46,976 nt of DNA from Candidatus Dojkabacteria bacterium (GTDB lineage Bacteria; Patescibacteriota; Dojkabacteria; SC72; JAHDCA01). A model generated the notes under the pieces. That model had not been told where the DNA came from. It made no database searches and saw nothing but the letters and a program-made list of their open reading frames with translations. Positions 9,280-18,705 of this stretch are shown piece after piece. The stretch spans positions 1-46,976 of the forward strand of contig JALWDW010000005.1 in the NCBI GenBank assembly GCA_027036675.1, read 5' to 3'. How positions within the stretch are numbered: position 1 is the first letter of the stretch; the number at the start of each line of letters is the position of its first letter. The translations under genes were made by a program, and so were the position numbers.

Positions 9280-12200
9280 ATGAATACTAGCACAAAAACA
9301 AGCTTCTTCAGTGTATTGCATTACGCGTTGTTGTTATCTTTATTTGTAGCAATTTGGGCGGGAATACCGACGAGGCACGTGCTTGGATATCTGCATACAC
9401 AGTCTTCGACATTGGAAATCGACGCCGATACATATATAGAGGAAAACTTCCCAGATACGGCTCCATGGAACAATCGCAATTTTTATATCGGATTGGATAA
9501 TCTATACAACAAAGGGCATACCGTGGCATATCTGCATTACAATTTGGATGGATACAGGCAATTGTTGGAAGAAGGTCGGCTACTGGAGGCAAACTTGCAA
9601 ATATTCCAATATTATCCAAGCAACGGACAACCGTACACATTGAATATCTCTATTCCTTATGGCACTTGGGACGAAGAAAATCTGACATGGCACGACAATA
9701 TTCCCACATCGCAATATTCGACGGACATAAACCTGAGTGGCGGAGTCGGATACAAATACTTGGATATCGCGTCACTGATCCGCCTGCAGGCGCTAAACGG
9801 CTCGCTACAGGACAACGGCTTACGTCTGGCCCAGGCGGATGACAACGAGCACAGCAAGGTCTATTGGTCTATCGCATGCCTCAACCCACCCACCGGGGTC
9901 GGTTGCGTGGACGGGCAACAACCCAAGATCAGCTTATTGTTCGACGTCAACAACCCTCCGCCCACGCCATCCCCATCGTCTCCCACGAGCGGTCTGCTGT
10001 CCGGCCGATCGGACATCACCACGAGCTGGGACGCTGTGGACGATCCAGATGGAGATAACATCACATATACTCTCCAAGTTTCAACCTTACCGAGTTTTAC
10101 GTCGATCGCATACGAACATGATACGGATTCAACAAGCCTGGAGATAGGCCCGTTGGAAGACGGAGACTATTTTTGGCGACTCCGGGCCGGTGACGGAGAG
10201 AGAAACTCAGATTGGAGTAGTGCATACGGATTCACAATTGATACGGAAAATACCACAAAAATCAATTTGGTGGACGAACCAGAGTTGACGTATGGCAATG
10301 AAAACACAATTCGATGGAGTATTGTTGAATTGGATGAACATATTCATTCGGGTTTGCTTGAAGTATCAAAGGAAGCGGATTTTCCGGACGAGCTTACGCG
10401 TCAAGTGACTCTATCGTACGAACAGCTGAACTTGGGAGAAATTACAATTTCCGATCTTGCAGACGGGCAAGAATACTTCTACAGATTGAGAACCGATGAC
10501 GAAGTAGGGAATTTATCTCAATGGACGAATACCGTATCTTCCACTCAAGACCAATCACCACCGATTTTTGCGGACTTTCAGGCATCTCAACTATATATCT
10601 CACCGACAACAAGCCCAGGAATATTGGATGAAACGGAGATCTCTTTTCAAATTGACGACTTGACTGAAGTACAATGGACTTTGACATGGAGTAACGGAGG
10701 AAATAGTGGTGTCATCGCACAAACTGACGGATCAGATATTGACGGCAACCGTCATACTATCATATGGAAGCCCCTCGATTTAAGCGACGGAGATTACCTG
10801 CTGCAATTGACCGCATCCGACAAATTCGCACAAACATCTCAAAGTGATATCATTCTCGTACATATCGACAACACGCCTCCCAAGTCTCCTCATATCAAGG
10901 TTCCGCAAGACGGATATCGCACAAACAAAGACTCCGTATATTTTACTGCTGATTGCCCACGGGTCGCATCGCACCAAGTTTTGTTGGATACACGTATCGT
11001 ATATGATACATGCGACGAACAACTCATCGATATATCCGACTTAAATGACGGCCCGCATACATTATCCGTACAGTCGACCGACCGCGCCGGGAATACATCC
11101 AGCGAAGCTGTCACGTTTTCAATCGACAGGACACCACCCCGTACGCCGGATTTTGAGATCAACGCTGTCGGATCTGAACTCTATTTGGACGTCAAACCGG
11201 GTAGTACGTATAATAACCTGTCGATATTCACCAAGGCGGGAATGCTGTTGCAATCTGGTCCCAGCGTTACTCATATCAGACTTCGAGACAATTGGAGCTA
11301 CAATACAGTCTACGAATATCGCATCCGTGTATCCGACGAGTTGGGCAACACAAGCAATTTCTCAGACTGGCGAAGCTTCAAACGTATGCACGAAACACGT
11401 GTCGGCGGTGGCAACGATGACCCTACCATAAGCACGGAGTTACCCGCGGCCGAAATTTGCAATCTCACTTACGATATGAATAAACGAGCTCTGTACAGGG
11501 ATGAATGCCATGCTCCCGCACCCGTACTTGCCTCCGCAATCACTCAATCATCCGATGGCAAACAATGGATAACCTTCGGTATAGGACGTGTCAATCGACA
11601 TATACAGGCACATATACGATATATACAGTGTAAAAAACGATCGTGGCGAGACCCGCTCACATGGTTCCGTTGCGTTTCCGAGGAAGTGAAAACTGTAAAC
11701 ACGTCGATAACGCCAACAATTTCCTTCTCCGTCAATACCGGAGAATACTTGAGTACTCGTACGATTTTGGTACAAAGCGGCATCGATGACGGGTTAGTAA
11801 AATACCAGGCCTTTTCCAAAAGCAAGCCCTCCTCCCCCACCGCGTATATGACAGCTTATACTGACGCAAATATCAATGTGGAGGGCAATCTATATGATCT
11901 GCAGTTGGCACCGGTGAATTCAAATACCGTTACTATCGATTTCAAAAGTGTCGATTCGATCAAACAGGCACATGGTAAACAATTTCGATTCCCATTCGAC
12001 CATATAGTGGGGGTCACACAATGGCACGGACATACCGCATATGATCCCAACCATACGGGGATTGATTTCGGTGCGGTAAGAGAACCCATATATGCGATGG
12101 ATGACGGTTTCGTGCGGTACATAGGGTATGATACGTATTACGGACGTTGCAATAGCGGTGGAAATACCTTACGTATCGAGCACGACAACGGTATGCAAAC

Positions 12201-12486
12201 AGTATTCATGCACCTAAGTGACTATAACAACGGCAATGGTGGTTCATTGAAGGTCGGACAGCGAGTGAGCAAAGGAGATCGTATCGGTACCACAGGCAAC
12301 TCAGGCGCCGCAAATTGTAAACCGCTCGGTTACCATCTGCATATGGAAATACGCCGAGGGAGAGCCCAAAGCACGCACGTCGACCCTGTCCCATATATTG
12401 ATGTCGACTGGTCACAGGTACGTACATTGCGCGCCAGTGAATTCCCCGGACGCCTTACCGGCGACAACCCTCACCCGGGTTATTGA
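9280..12486 (+). CDS. Large secreted protein: DNRLRE-like N-domain, Ig/FnIII-like repeats, C-terminal M23 metallopeptidase
   Basis: Hydrophobic N-terminal signal; DADTYIEENFPD...WDEENLTW; repeated DNTPP/DRTPP Ig-like boundaries; M23 zinc motifs HTGID and YHLHMEIR. Confidence 0.85.
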   Translation: MNTSTKTSFFSVLHYALLLSLFVAIWAGIPTRHVLGYLHTQSSTLEIDADTYIEENFPDTAPWNNRNFYIGLDNLYNKGHTVAYLHYNLDGYRQLLEEGRLLEANLQIFQYYPSNGQPYTLNISIPYGTWDEENLTWHDNIPTSQYSTDINLSGGVGYKYLDIASLIRLQALNGSLQDNGLRLAQADDNEHSKVYWSIACLNPPTGVGCVDGQQPKISLLFDVNNPPPTPSPSSPTSGLLSGRSDITTSWDAVDDPDGDNITYTLQVSTLPSFTSIAYEHDTDSTSLEIGPLEDGDYFWRLRAGDGERNSDWSSAYGFTIDTENTTKINLVDEPELTYGNENTIRWSIVELDEHIHSGLLEVSKEADFPDELTRQVTLSYEQLNLGEITISDLADGQEYFYRLRTDDEVGNLSQWTNTVSSTQDQSPPIFADFQASQLYISPTTSPGILDETEISFQIDDLTEVQWTLTWSNGGNSGVIAQTDGSDIDGNRHTIIWKPLDLSDGDYLLQLTASDKFAQTSQSDIILVHIDNTPPKSPHIKVPQDGYRTNKDSVYFTADCPRVASHQVLLDTRIVYDTCDEQLIDISDLNDGPHTLSVQSTDRAGNTSSEAVTFSIDRTPPRTPDFEINAVGSELYLDVKPGSTYNNLSIFTKAGMLLQSGPSVTHIRLRDNWSYNTVYEYRIRVSDELGNTSNFSDWRSFKRMHETRVGGGNDDPTISTELPAAEICNLTYDMNKRALYRDECHAPAPVLASAITQSSDGKQWITFGIGRVNRHIQAHIRYIQCKKRSWRDPLTWFRCVSEEVKTVNTSITPTISFSVNTGEYLSTRTILVQSGIDDGLVKYQAFSKSKPSSPTAYMTAYTDANINVEGNLYDLQLAPVNSNTVTIDFKSVDSIKQAHGKQFRFPFDHIVGVTQWHGHTAYDPNHTGIDFGAVREPIYAMDDGFVRYIGYDTYYGRCNSGGNTLRIEHDNGMQTVFMHLSDYNNGNGGSLKVGQRVSKGDRIGTTGNSGAANCKPLGYHLHMEIRRGRAQSTHVDPVPYIDVDWSQVRTLRASEFPGRLTGDNPHPGY

Positions 12487-12529
12487 CGGATTGGATATGA
12501 GAATTAATATAATTACAGTATAATAAACT

Positions 12530-13372
12530 ATGAAATACAAAATAAAATCCATTTTATCCCTTCTAATCGTCCTTCTATCAATCGTAGTTCTGTTAATAAT
12601 CGGGTGGATCATTGTATCTTTGAACTCCGCCCCCGAGGGGAATGAAATGCATACTACCGCGCAAAATGAATTGGTAGAAGACCGACTATACACGATCGGT
12701 CAACTTGACGAGGACCCTCACAAGCCTTTGGAGACACGTTTTGGGTGGATTACTTCGGATACAGCATATCTCGTCACAGAGGATGCACTTGAGCTATATG
12801 ACCCGAAGTCAAGACAGGTGACAAATACCGATCTGTTGTTGAAGGAGAAAAGCATTATCTCAGTAAATTCCCCTCAAGAAGCTTTCATTTGTGAGTGGTC
12901 AAACAAAGACAGGCACGACGAATCCGACTACGGCACCAATATCAATATAGTCAGAGTCGACCTTGAGAGTCTTTTGAACAATGGCGCGACCCAACCCCAA
13001 GTAAAATCAATCGGATGGACACGCACAGTACAGATCAAACCCCTTCTGCAACCATTGTCGTGCGACGCAAAGTCTATCCGCTTGCAGGAGTATTTGCCGG
13101 TCTATGAGTATGCACAGTATCTGTATGATTTGGAAACAGGTACCTTGGCAAAATCAGACGAGGACAACACCGGCAACGATTGCACTTTGACTGCAAGTCA
13201 GACGGATCCCCGCGGTTCGGCCCAACCCGAAAAGACGGTGATCTCTTGCAACGGTGCTTCGCCGATTACAATCTCAGCTCCGGGGGTTGAATTTATATCG
13301 GCAAAGCTTGATCCAACAAACACAAAATACTTGATTTTGGATACGAACCTTCGCGTTTGGTATTACCACTGA
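12530..13372 (+). CDS. Hypothetical membrane-anchored extracytoplasmic protein
   Basis: One N-terminal TM helix (ILSLLIVLLSIVVLLIIGWIIV), beta-rich soluble part with 4 Cys; 43 nt downstream of the M23 gene. Confidence 0.8.
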   Translation: MKYKIKSILSLLIVLLSIVVLLIIGWIIVSLNSAPEGNEMHTTAQNELVEDRLYTIGQLDEDPHKPLETRFGWITSDTAYLVTEDALELYDPKSRQVTNTDLLLKEKSIISVNSPQEAFICEWSNKDRHDESDYGTNINIVRVDLESLLNNGATQPQVKSIGWTRTVQIKPLLQPLSCDAKSIRLQEYLPVYEYAQYLYDLETGTLAKSDEDNTGNDCTLTASQTDPRGSAQPEKTVISCNGASPITISAPGVEFISAKLDPTNTKYLILDTNLRVWYYH

Positions 13373-13957
13373 GTCCTAAGAGTTATCCTTTATTTAGCTT
13401 TATACTGAGAATCAGGACTATCATACAGGCCACAAAGTTTGGTTAAAGGCCAAAATTATTCGCTTCGTGGCAGGTCGCAATCCTGATCATATATGATACG
13501 TATACATGCCTACCTATACCGATGCGGCACCAGTATAAACTCAAATTTCTTTTTCACTGTAGTTCAGCACAACGACCGATTGCGACGAGACGGCGGCTAC
13601 CGTCATCGCCAATATTCCTTACGTAGGAGTTACGTTGTAGGCATCAAAAAGATGTTCGTACCAGTGCACCAGGCACTTCGACTCAACAGTCCGGACTTGT
13701 AATCGATGTTAATCGTTATACCCCGTACGTTGCACAGAATACATCGCACCGGCCAGGTACAACCAACTTTCAAACCGTACATGAAGCCCTCTCGCAACTA
13801 TGACGAACTCGTACTTGCAAGTTACAAACCCCGTTGCCCACTTGTGGTCTTGCATACGGGATCCGCTGATGGCGACATTCAAGTTGTATCCAACTGTCGT
13901 AATAAAGGCCTAGGAGACGTGATTCAACCACCACACAATCGTGGAAAGGCCCCGACT

Positions 13958-14422
13958 CTACAGCGAAAGTTCCTCTCGATCCGTACCAGAGTCCCGATAA
14001 CCGTTGACAATCGCCATCACTCTGATAAATGCCAACACAAAAACTATAACCGCGCTACCCCAACACCATTGGCAGATCTTATGTATCCTGAAAAACTCCA
14101 GATACCGCAGATAGATAGTGAACAAAACTCCGACTCCCAGCGTAAGATTTATCAACAATAATTTTCGTTGGGTCGGCAATGGCATCACAGAATTCAGGAT
14201 CAACAGCGAAAGGTAAAAAACAATCCCCAACACTGAAATCGGTATACCAGCGATATACCCATAGGCACTGTTCAATACTTCACCACACCCGGTGGTGCAC
14301 ATCATCGACAGCGATGCAGAGTGTTGCGAGTACCACAGGTACGCCGATATCATAAGTCCAACGGTCGACAACCCGGCGATGATTTGTCGTTCTCTTTCTA
14401 CAAGCGCGAGCATCGGCGTCAA
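13958..14422 (-). CDS. Vitamin K epoxide reductase (VKOR) family protein
   Basis: Loop cysteines MCTTGC followed by VLNSAYG..GIP, several TM helices, redox motif ICQWC. Start codon uncertain. Confidence 0.88.
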   Translation of the reverse strand: MTPMLALVERERQIIAGLSTVGLMISAYLWYSQHSASLSMMCTTGCGEVLNSAYGYIAGIPISVLGIVFYLSLLILNSVMPLPTQRKLLLINLTLGVGVLFTIYLRYLEFFRIHKICQWCWGSAVIVFVLAFIRVMAIVNGYRDSGTDREELSL

Positions 14423-14476
14423 TATATGAACATGTATATTATCACGTTAACTGGCAAGCAACCCCGACCAACTCAC

Positions 14477-15325
14477 TTACTTCTCAGTTTCCAAGAGCGG
14501 GTCCAATATATCGGCAAAATAGCTGTATGGGTATGCACCGGCAACCACAGTACCTACAACATCTCCGTTTTCATCCAGCGTCCCAACCACAAACCCGGGC
14601 GTCCCACTGATGCCGAGCGAATTGGCTTCCTCAGCGTCCGAGTTGACTTTGGCCAGTGTATCATCATCATTCATACATGCTTCAAATTTGCTCTTATCCA
14701 ACCCTTGAGCGGTGGCCAAGGCTGATAAATCAATATTGCCACTAAAATTAGCGTCGGCAAATATGGCGTCATGCAACCCGAAAGCCGTCTCCGATCCGCC
14801 AAGCTTATTGGCGCATATTATTGCTTTTGCCCTATCCATAGCTTGGGCGTGCAATTGAGGTAAAGGTAGGTTTCGAAATACATATATCGCCTTACCAGTG
14901 TCAACATAGTTCTTGACCAATTCTTTCTGCGTATTCAACGCATGTCTTTGGCAAAACGGACATTCCATATCACTAAACTCTATGATAGCTACTTTGGCGG
15001 TATCACGGTTGCCAAGGTACGCATTGTCGCCACCAATATTGGTGGTCACTTTGGCACTTGGAGCAGGTGATTCAGCCTTTTTCCTACTCGGAGCCGTCGG
15101 TTGTTGCTCCCCGACACCCGGTTCGTTCGCAGCACTCGTAGCGGCAGTAGTACTCTGCGTTTGTGGTGTCTGCGATCTATTGTGTAGTCCGAAAAACACC
15201 CCCATTGCAATCATGAATCCAGCAGTCATGATCGCTATCGGCATCAGGAAAGGCCCTATGTCCACCATCTCGTTCTGCCCGTTGGAGACTAGGACATCGT
15301 CTTTGGATTTATTATCTTTCTTCAT
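14477..15325 (-). CDS. dsbA: Membrane-anchored DsbA-family thiol-disulfide oxidoreductase
   Basis: TM anchor, IEFSDMECPFCQR, cis-Pro loop GISGTPGFVV, GAYPY. Confidence 0.88.
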   Translation of the reverse strand: MKKDNKSKDDVLVSNGQNEMVDIGPFLMPIAIMTAGFMIAMGVFFGLHNRSQTPQTQSTTAATSAANEPGVGEQQPTAPSRKKAESPAPSAKVTTNIGGDNAYLGNRDTAKVAIIEFSDMECPFCQRHALNTQKELVKNYVDTGKAIYVFRNLPLPQLHAQAMDRAKAIICANKLGGSETAFGLHDAIFADANFSGNIDLSALATAQGLDKSKFEACMNDDDTLAKVNSDAEEANSLGISGTPGFVVGTLDENGDVVGTVVAGAYPYSYFADILDPLLETEK

Positions 15326-15539
15326 AATTATATATGTGCTTTTATCTTAATTTTATCGATCCTCCGGATTACCGGTGTCATTACGGTATTGAAACAATGG
15401 AATAAGTAAAGACGATACTGAGCGAGTCTTCAGAATTCGATTGATTTCAACCCTATGTTAAGATGATAACATATCACATACATATTTCAAACGGTCGCAA
15501 ATTCTATTTCCGATTGCATCGGGGCTCAACTTCTCAATG

Positions 15540-15568
15540 TTGATTCCCAAGCCGGGACGTGGTATTCT
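15540..15568 (+). promoter_or_regulatory. Predicted sigma70 promoter of the RuBisCO gene
   Basis: TTGATT-17 nt-TATTCT with an extended TG; ~105 nt upstream of the ATG. Confidence 0.5.
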
Positions 15569-15673
15569 GTATTACTCTACAAAGAGACCGATTGCTCTTA
15601 ACTTTACTAGCTCTACGGTTAAGTCAGTTCGTGGAGTACGAGTGGAGAAGTATAAATTATCAAAAACCTGCCC

Positions 15674-17260
15674 ATGCAAAAAGAATATATCCAATTAGGA
15701 AACAAAGACGTGTTCAACGGCCAATATATGTTGACTGCATTTCGTATAGAAGGGTACGACGGGAAGTCAATTTTGGACGTTGCAAGTGAGGTTGTGGCCG
15801 AATCATCAAACGGATCGAATGTACACGTCGGCTCAGGCACTTCATTTTCAGCGACAATGGGGGGTATCGTATATGAGGCGGATGAGTCCAAAAACCTTAT
15901 CTACGTCGCATACCCGTGGAGAATGTTTGATAGCGGTGGTAATGTGCAAAATATCATGACATTCATAGCCGGAAACATATTCGGCATGAGTTCGCTCAAG
16001 CAACTTAAACTTCTGGATGTATATTTCCCACCTCAGATGTTGCAACAATACGACGGGCCCAGCACAACAATCGACGACATGCGCAATTATCTGCAGGTTT
16101 ACGATAGCCCGATCCTCGGTACGATCATCAAGCCGAAAATAGGTTTGACCGCATCCGAATATGCCGAACTTTGCTACGATTTCTGGGTGGGTGGCGGTCA
16201 TTTCGTCAAAAACGATGAACCCCAGGCCGACCAGGATTTCTGTCCGTACTTCAAAATGGTTGACGGGATCCGCAGCGCGATGGACAAAGCCGAAGATGAA
16301 ACCGGACAGACAAAAGTTCATTCGTTCAACGTATCCTCGGCCGATTTTGATACAATGATACGTAGAGCCGATTACGTGTATTCCAAGATGCGCCCTGGTA
16401 GTTTTGCCTTCTTGATCGACGGAATCACAGCTGGATGGATGGCAGTACAGACTTTGCGCAGGCGTTATCCTGACGTATTTATCCATTTCCACCGGGCGGG
16501 TCACGGTGCGTATACACGCAGAGAAAACCCGTTTGGTTTTACCGTACCTGTGTTGACGAAATTCGCAAGACTTGCAGGAGCCTCGGCAATCCACACAGGC
16601 ACGCTCGGTGTCGGGAAGATGCAAGGGGATGTGAATGAAGACGGTACGGCCATGCAACAAGGTTTGCGTATACAAGCGCAAGGGCCGTATTTCAAACAGA
16701 CATGGTCCAAAGTATCGGAAGAAGACAGCGACTTGGAAACTATGATACGAGCCGAAGCCAAAATGTGGGAAGCCGGCCCGAGAGAAGTCAGCGATTTAAG
16801 GTCCAAGATAAACCATATGGATCCGCATACCAAACATGCTCACGCAGATTGGAGGCTTATCAAAAAGACCGCCCCGATAGCCTCCGGCGGACTTAATCCG
16901 GTATTATTGCCACGGCTTATCGACGAAGCCGGCACTATCGACTTCATCACCACAATGGGCGGGGGTACACATTCGCATCCGATGAAGACAGCAGCCGGTG
17001 CCAAGGCCATCGTGGAAGCTTTTCATGCGTGGAAACATGGACACACTTTACTGGATGAAGCTCACGACCATGTGGGACACGACACTGAATTGCAAAGCGC
17101 GATACGGTTCTTCGAAAAGCATGGGGTACATCTGACAGAGGAAGATCACCGCAATATCGGTGATGCTCCTGATGATGCTCAGCCGGTCGCACAAAGTCCG
17201 ACTACACATTCACAGCCGATACACGATCACCCTGATGATGCGTTCCCTAGTCAAGGGTAA
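15674..17260 (+). CDS. rbcL: Ribulose-1,5-bisphosphate carboxylase large subunit, form II/III
   Basis: GTIIKPKIG (K175/K177), GGHFVKNDE (carbamylated K201, D203, E204), HFHRAGHG, GKMQG (loop-6 K334), ASGG, MGGG; insertion before WRLIKK at the position of the form II/III assembly domain. Confidence 0.93.
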   Translation: MQKEYIQLGNKDVFNGQYMLTAFRIEGYDGKSILDVASEVVAESSNGSNVHVGSGTSFSATMGGIVYEADESKNLIYVAYPWRMFDSGGNVQNIMTFIAGNIFGMSSLKQLKLLDVYFPPQMLQQYDGPSTTIDDMRNYLQVYDSPILGTIIKPKIGLTASEYAELCYDFWVGGGHFVKNDEPQADQDFCPYFKMVDGIRSAMDKAEDETGQTKVHSFNVSSADFDTMIRRADYVYSKMRPGSFAFLIDGITAGWMAVQTLRRRYPDVFIHFHRAGHGAYTRRENPFGFTVPVLTKFARLAGASAIHTGTLGVGKMQGDVNEDGTAMQQGLRIQAQGPYFKQTWSKVSEEDSDLETMIRAEAKMWEAGPREVSDLRSKINHMDPHTKHAHADWRLIKKTAPIASGGLNPVLLPRLIDEAGTIDFITTMGGGTHSHPMKTAAGAKAIVEAFHAWKHGHTLLDEAHDHVGHDTELQSAIRFFEKHGVHLTEEDHRNIGDAPDDAQPVAQSPTTHSQPIHDHPDDAFPSQG

Positions 17261-17807
17261 ATGAATCTTTGGTGTAAGCGTACAAGTGAACACCGTTGCT
17301 TAAAACGAATTCGTTGGTGGGCTGAAAGTTTGGCAAGGGATACCTATACGAATAGAAAATACTGCCGGGTTGCAATTCCAAGATCAACTTCTTTTGCAAA
17401 GCCCCCAACGCGCGTCGATTGAGATGCGCGAAAATTCTGTCAAAAGATCCGAAATCTGCGTCAAATAAATTACCCGTCACATTGACCACTCCCCTGCTCA
17501 GCCCAAGGTGTCGCAATTTGAACAAACGCGAATACAACACGAGCAACGGGGAGATCTCGTACCCAACCCCTTTTACGCCGTAAAGTTTCTTCGCAAAGAC
17601 GAGAACACGCCCATCCCCCGACCCGAGGTCGAGTAAACGGCTTTTTTCATTCAAGTCCATTGCTCCAAGCACTTCCTTGACAATCTTGATCGGCGTCATC
17701 ACAGCAGGGACCAACAAAATGGACGACAAAAACAATGCAATCATCGCCCCGACAATCAAGATTATTATAAACATCAAAGCCAGAAAAAAACTGTTCACCA
17801 TAAACAA
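17247..17807 (-). CDS. Membrane-anchored class I SAM-dependent methyltransferase
   Basis: N-terminal TM helix, LLDLGSGDGRV, GYEISP; overlaps the RuBisCO 3' end convergently by 14 nt. Confidence 0.85.
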   Translation of the reverse strand: MFMVNSFFLALMFIIILIVGAMIALFLSSILLVPAVMTPIKIVKEVLGAMDLNEKSRLLDLGSGDGRVLVFAKKLYGVKGVGYEISPLLVLYSRLFKLRHLGLSRGVVNVTGNLFDADFGSFDRIFAHLNRRALGALQKKLILELQPGSIFYSYRYPLPNFQPTNEFVLSNGVHLYAYTKDSFTLD

Positions 17808-17849
17808 AACCCTGCGTCAAATACATTTCAATGCTACAATCATACCATA

Positions 17850-18560
17850 ATGACCCGAGATATAAGTGCAAATTTCGACGTACACGGCATTTTGCCGATA
17901 AATAAACCGAACGGGATAACATCGTATGACGTTATCCGCAAACTCAAACCATTGCTCCCAAGGAAATACAAAATCGGACACGGAGGCACACTCGATCCTT
18001 TTGCGACAGGTCTGCTACTCATACTGATCGGGCGATTCACCAAAAAGATGGAATATATCCATACTTTACCCAAAGAATATATCGTTGATATGGAGTTTGG
18101 ATTTGAAACCGACACTCAAGACATCACGGGCCGTATCGTCAAACGTATGGAAAATCTACCCCGAATACCGCGAGATACTATTGCAAAGAAGATCGCTGAT
18201 CTACCTGGAGATATCATGCAAACACCCCCAGCCTACAGCGCAGTCAAGGTGGATGGAGTGCCGGCCTACAAGTTGGCACGGCAAAATAAGAAAGTTTCGC
18301 TGAAACCCAAACCGCGAACCATATTCGACGCCACATTGTTGAGCTACGATTGGCCACATGCCGAGGTTCGGTTGAAGGTCAGCACCGGTACATATATACG
18401 CACTATCGTCGCAGATCTCGCACACGACTTAGACGCGGTGGCTACGGCAACCAAACTTATACGCACAAGGATCGGTGATATATCCGTGGAAGACAGTATC
18501 ACTCCGGAATCTGTCAGTACGCAACGGGACTTGATCAACGCCCTTATCCGACCGTTTTGA
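17850..18560 (+). CDS. truB: tRNA pseudouridine(55) synthase TruB
   Basis: INKPNGITSYDV, KIGHGGTLDPFATGLL, PPAYSAVKVDG, STGTYIRT. Confidence 0.96.
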   Translation: MTRDISANFDVHGILPINKPNGITSYDVIRKLKPLLPRKYKIGHGGTLDPFATGLLLILIGRFTKKMEYIHTLPKEYIVDMEFGFETDTQDITGRIVKRMENLPRIPRDTIAKKIADLPGDIMQTPPAYSAVKVDGVPAYKLARQNKKVSLKPKPRTIFDATLLSYDWPHAEVRLKVSTGTYIRTIVADLAHDLDAVATATKLIRTRIGDISVEDSITPESVSTQRDLINALIRPF

Positions 18561-18705
18561 CAGCACAGCCCTTAGGTCGGGGATGTCGACCAATGCGTCA
18601 CCCGACGTGGCCCCGTAGGTTCCGTTTTCACTATGTTCCGGCACGGCGACCGACTTTGACGACTTGGAAGCTACTTCATCTCCAAACAACCTTACGGTCA
18701 GGGGA

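Noticed and set aside
13493..14161. Plus-strand ORFs of 69 and 151 aa upstream of the VKOR 3' end
   Set aside because: No motifs, atypical composition and partial antisense overlap with vkor; not supportable as genes.
15674..17260. Calvin-cycle autotrophy or a RuBisCO-like (form IV) protein
   Set aside because: No cbbS, prk or other cbb genes nearby; the catalytic motifs are complete, unlike form IV.
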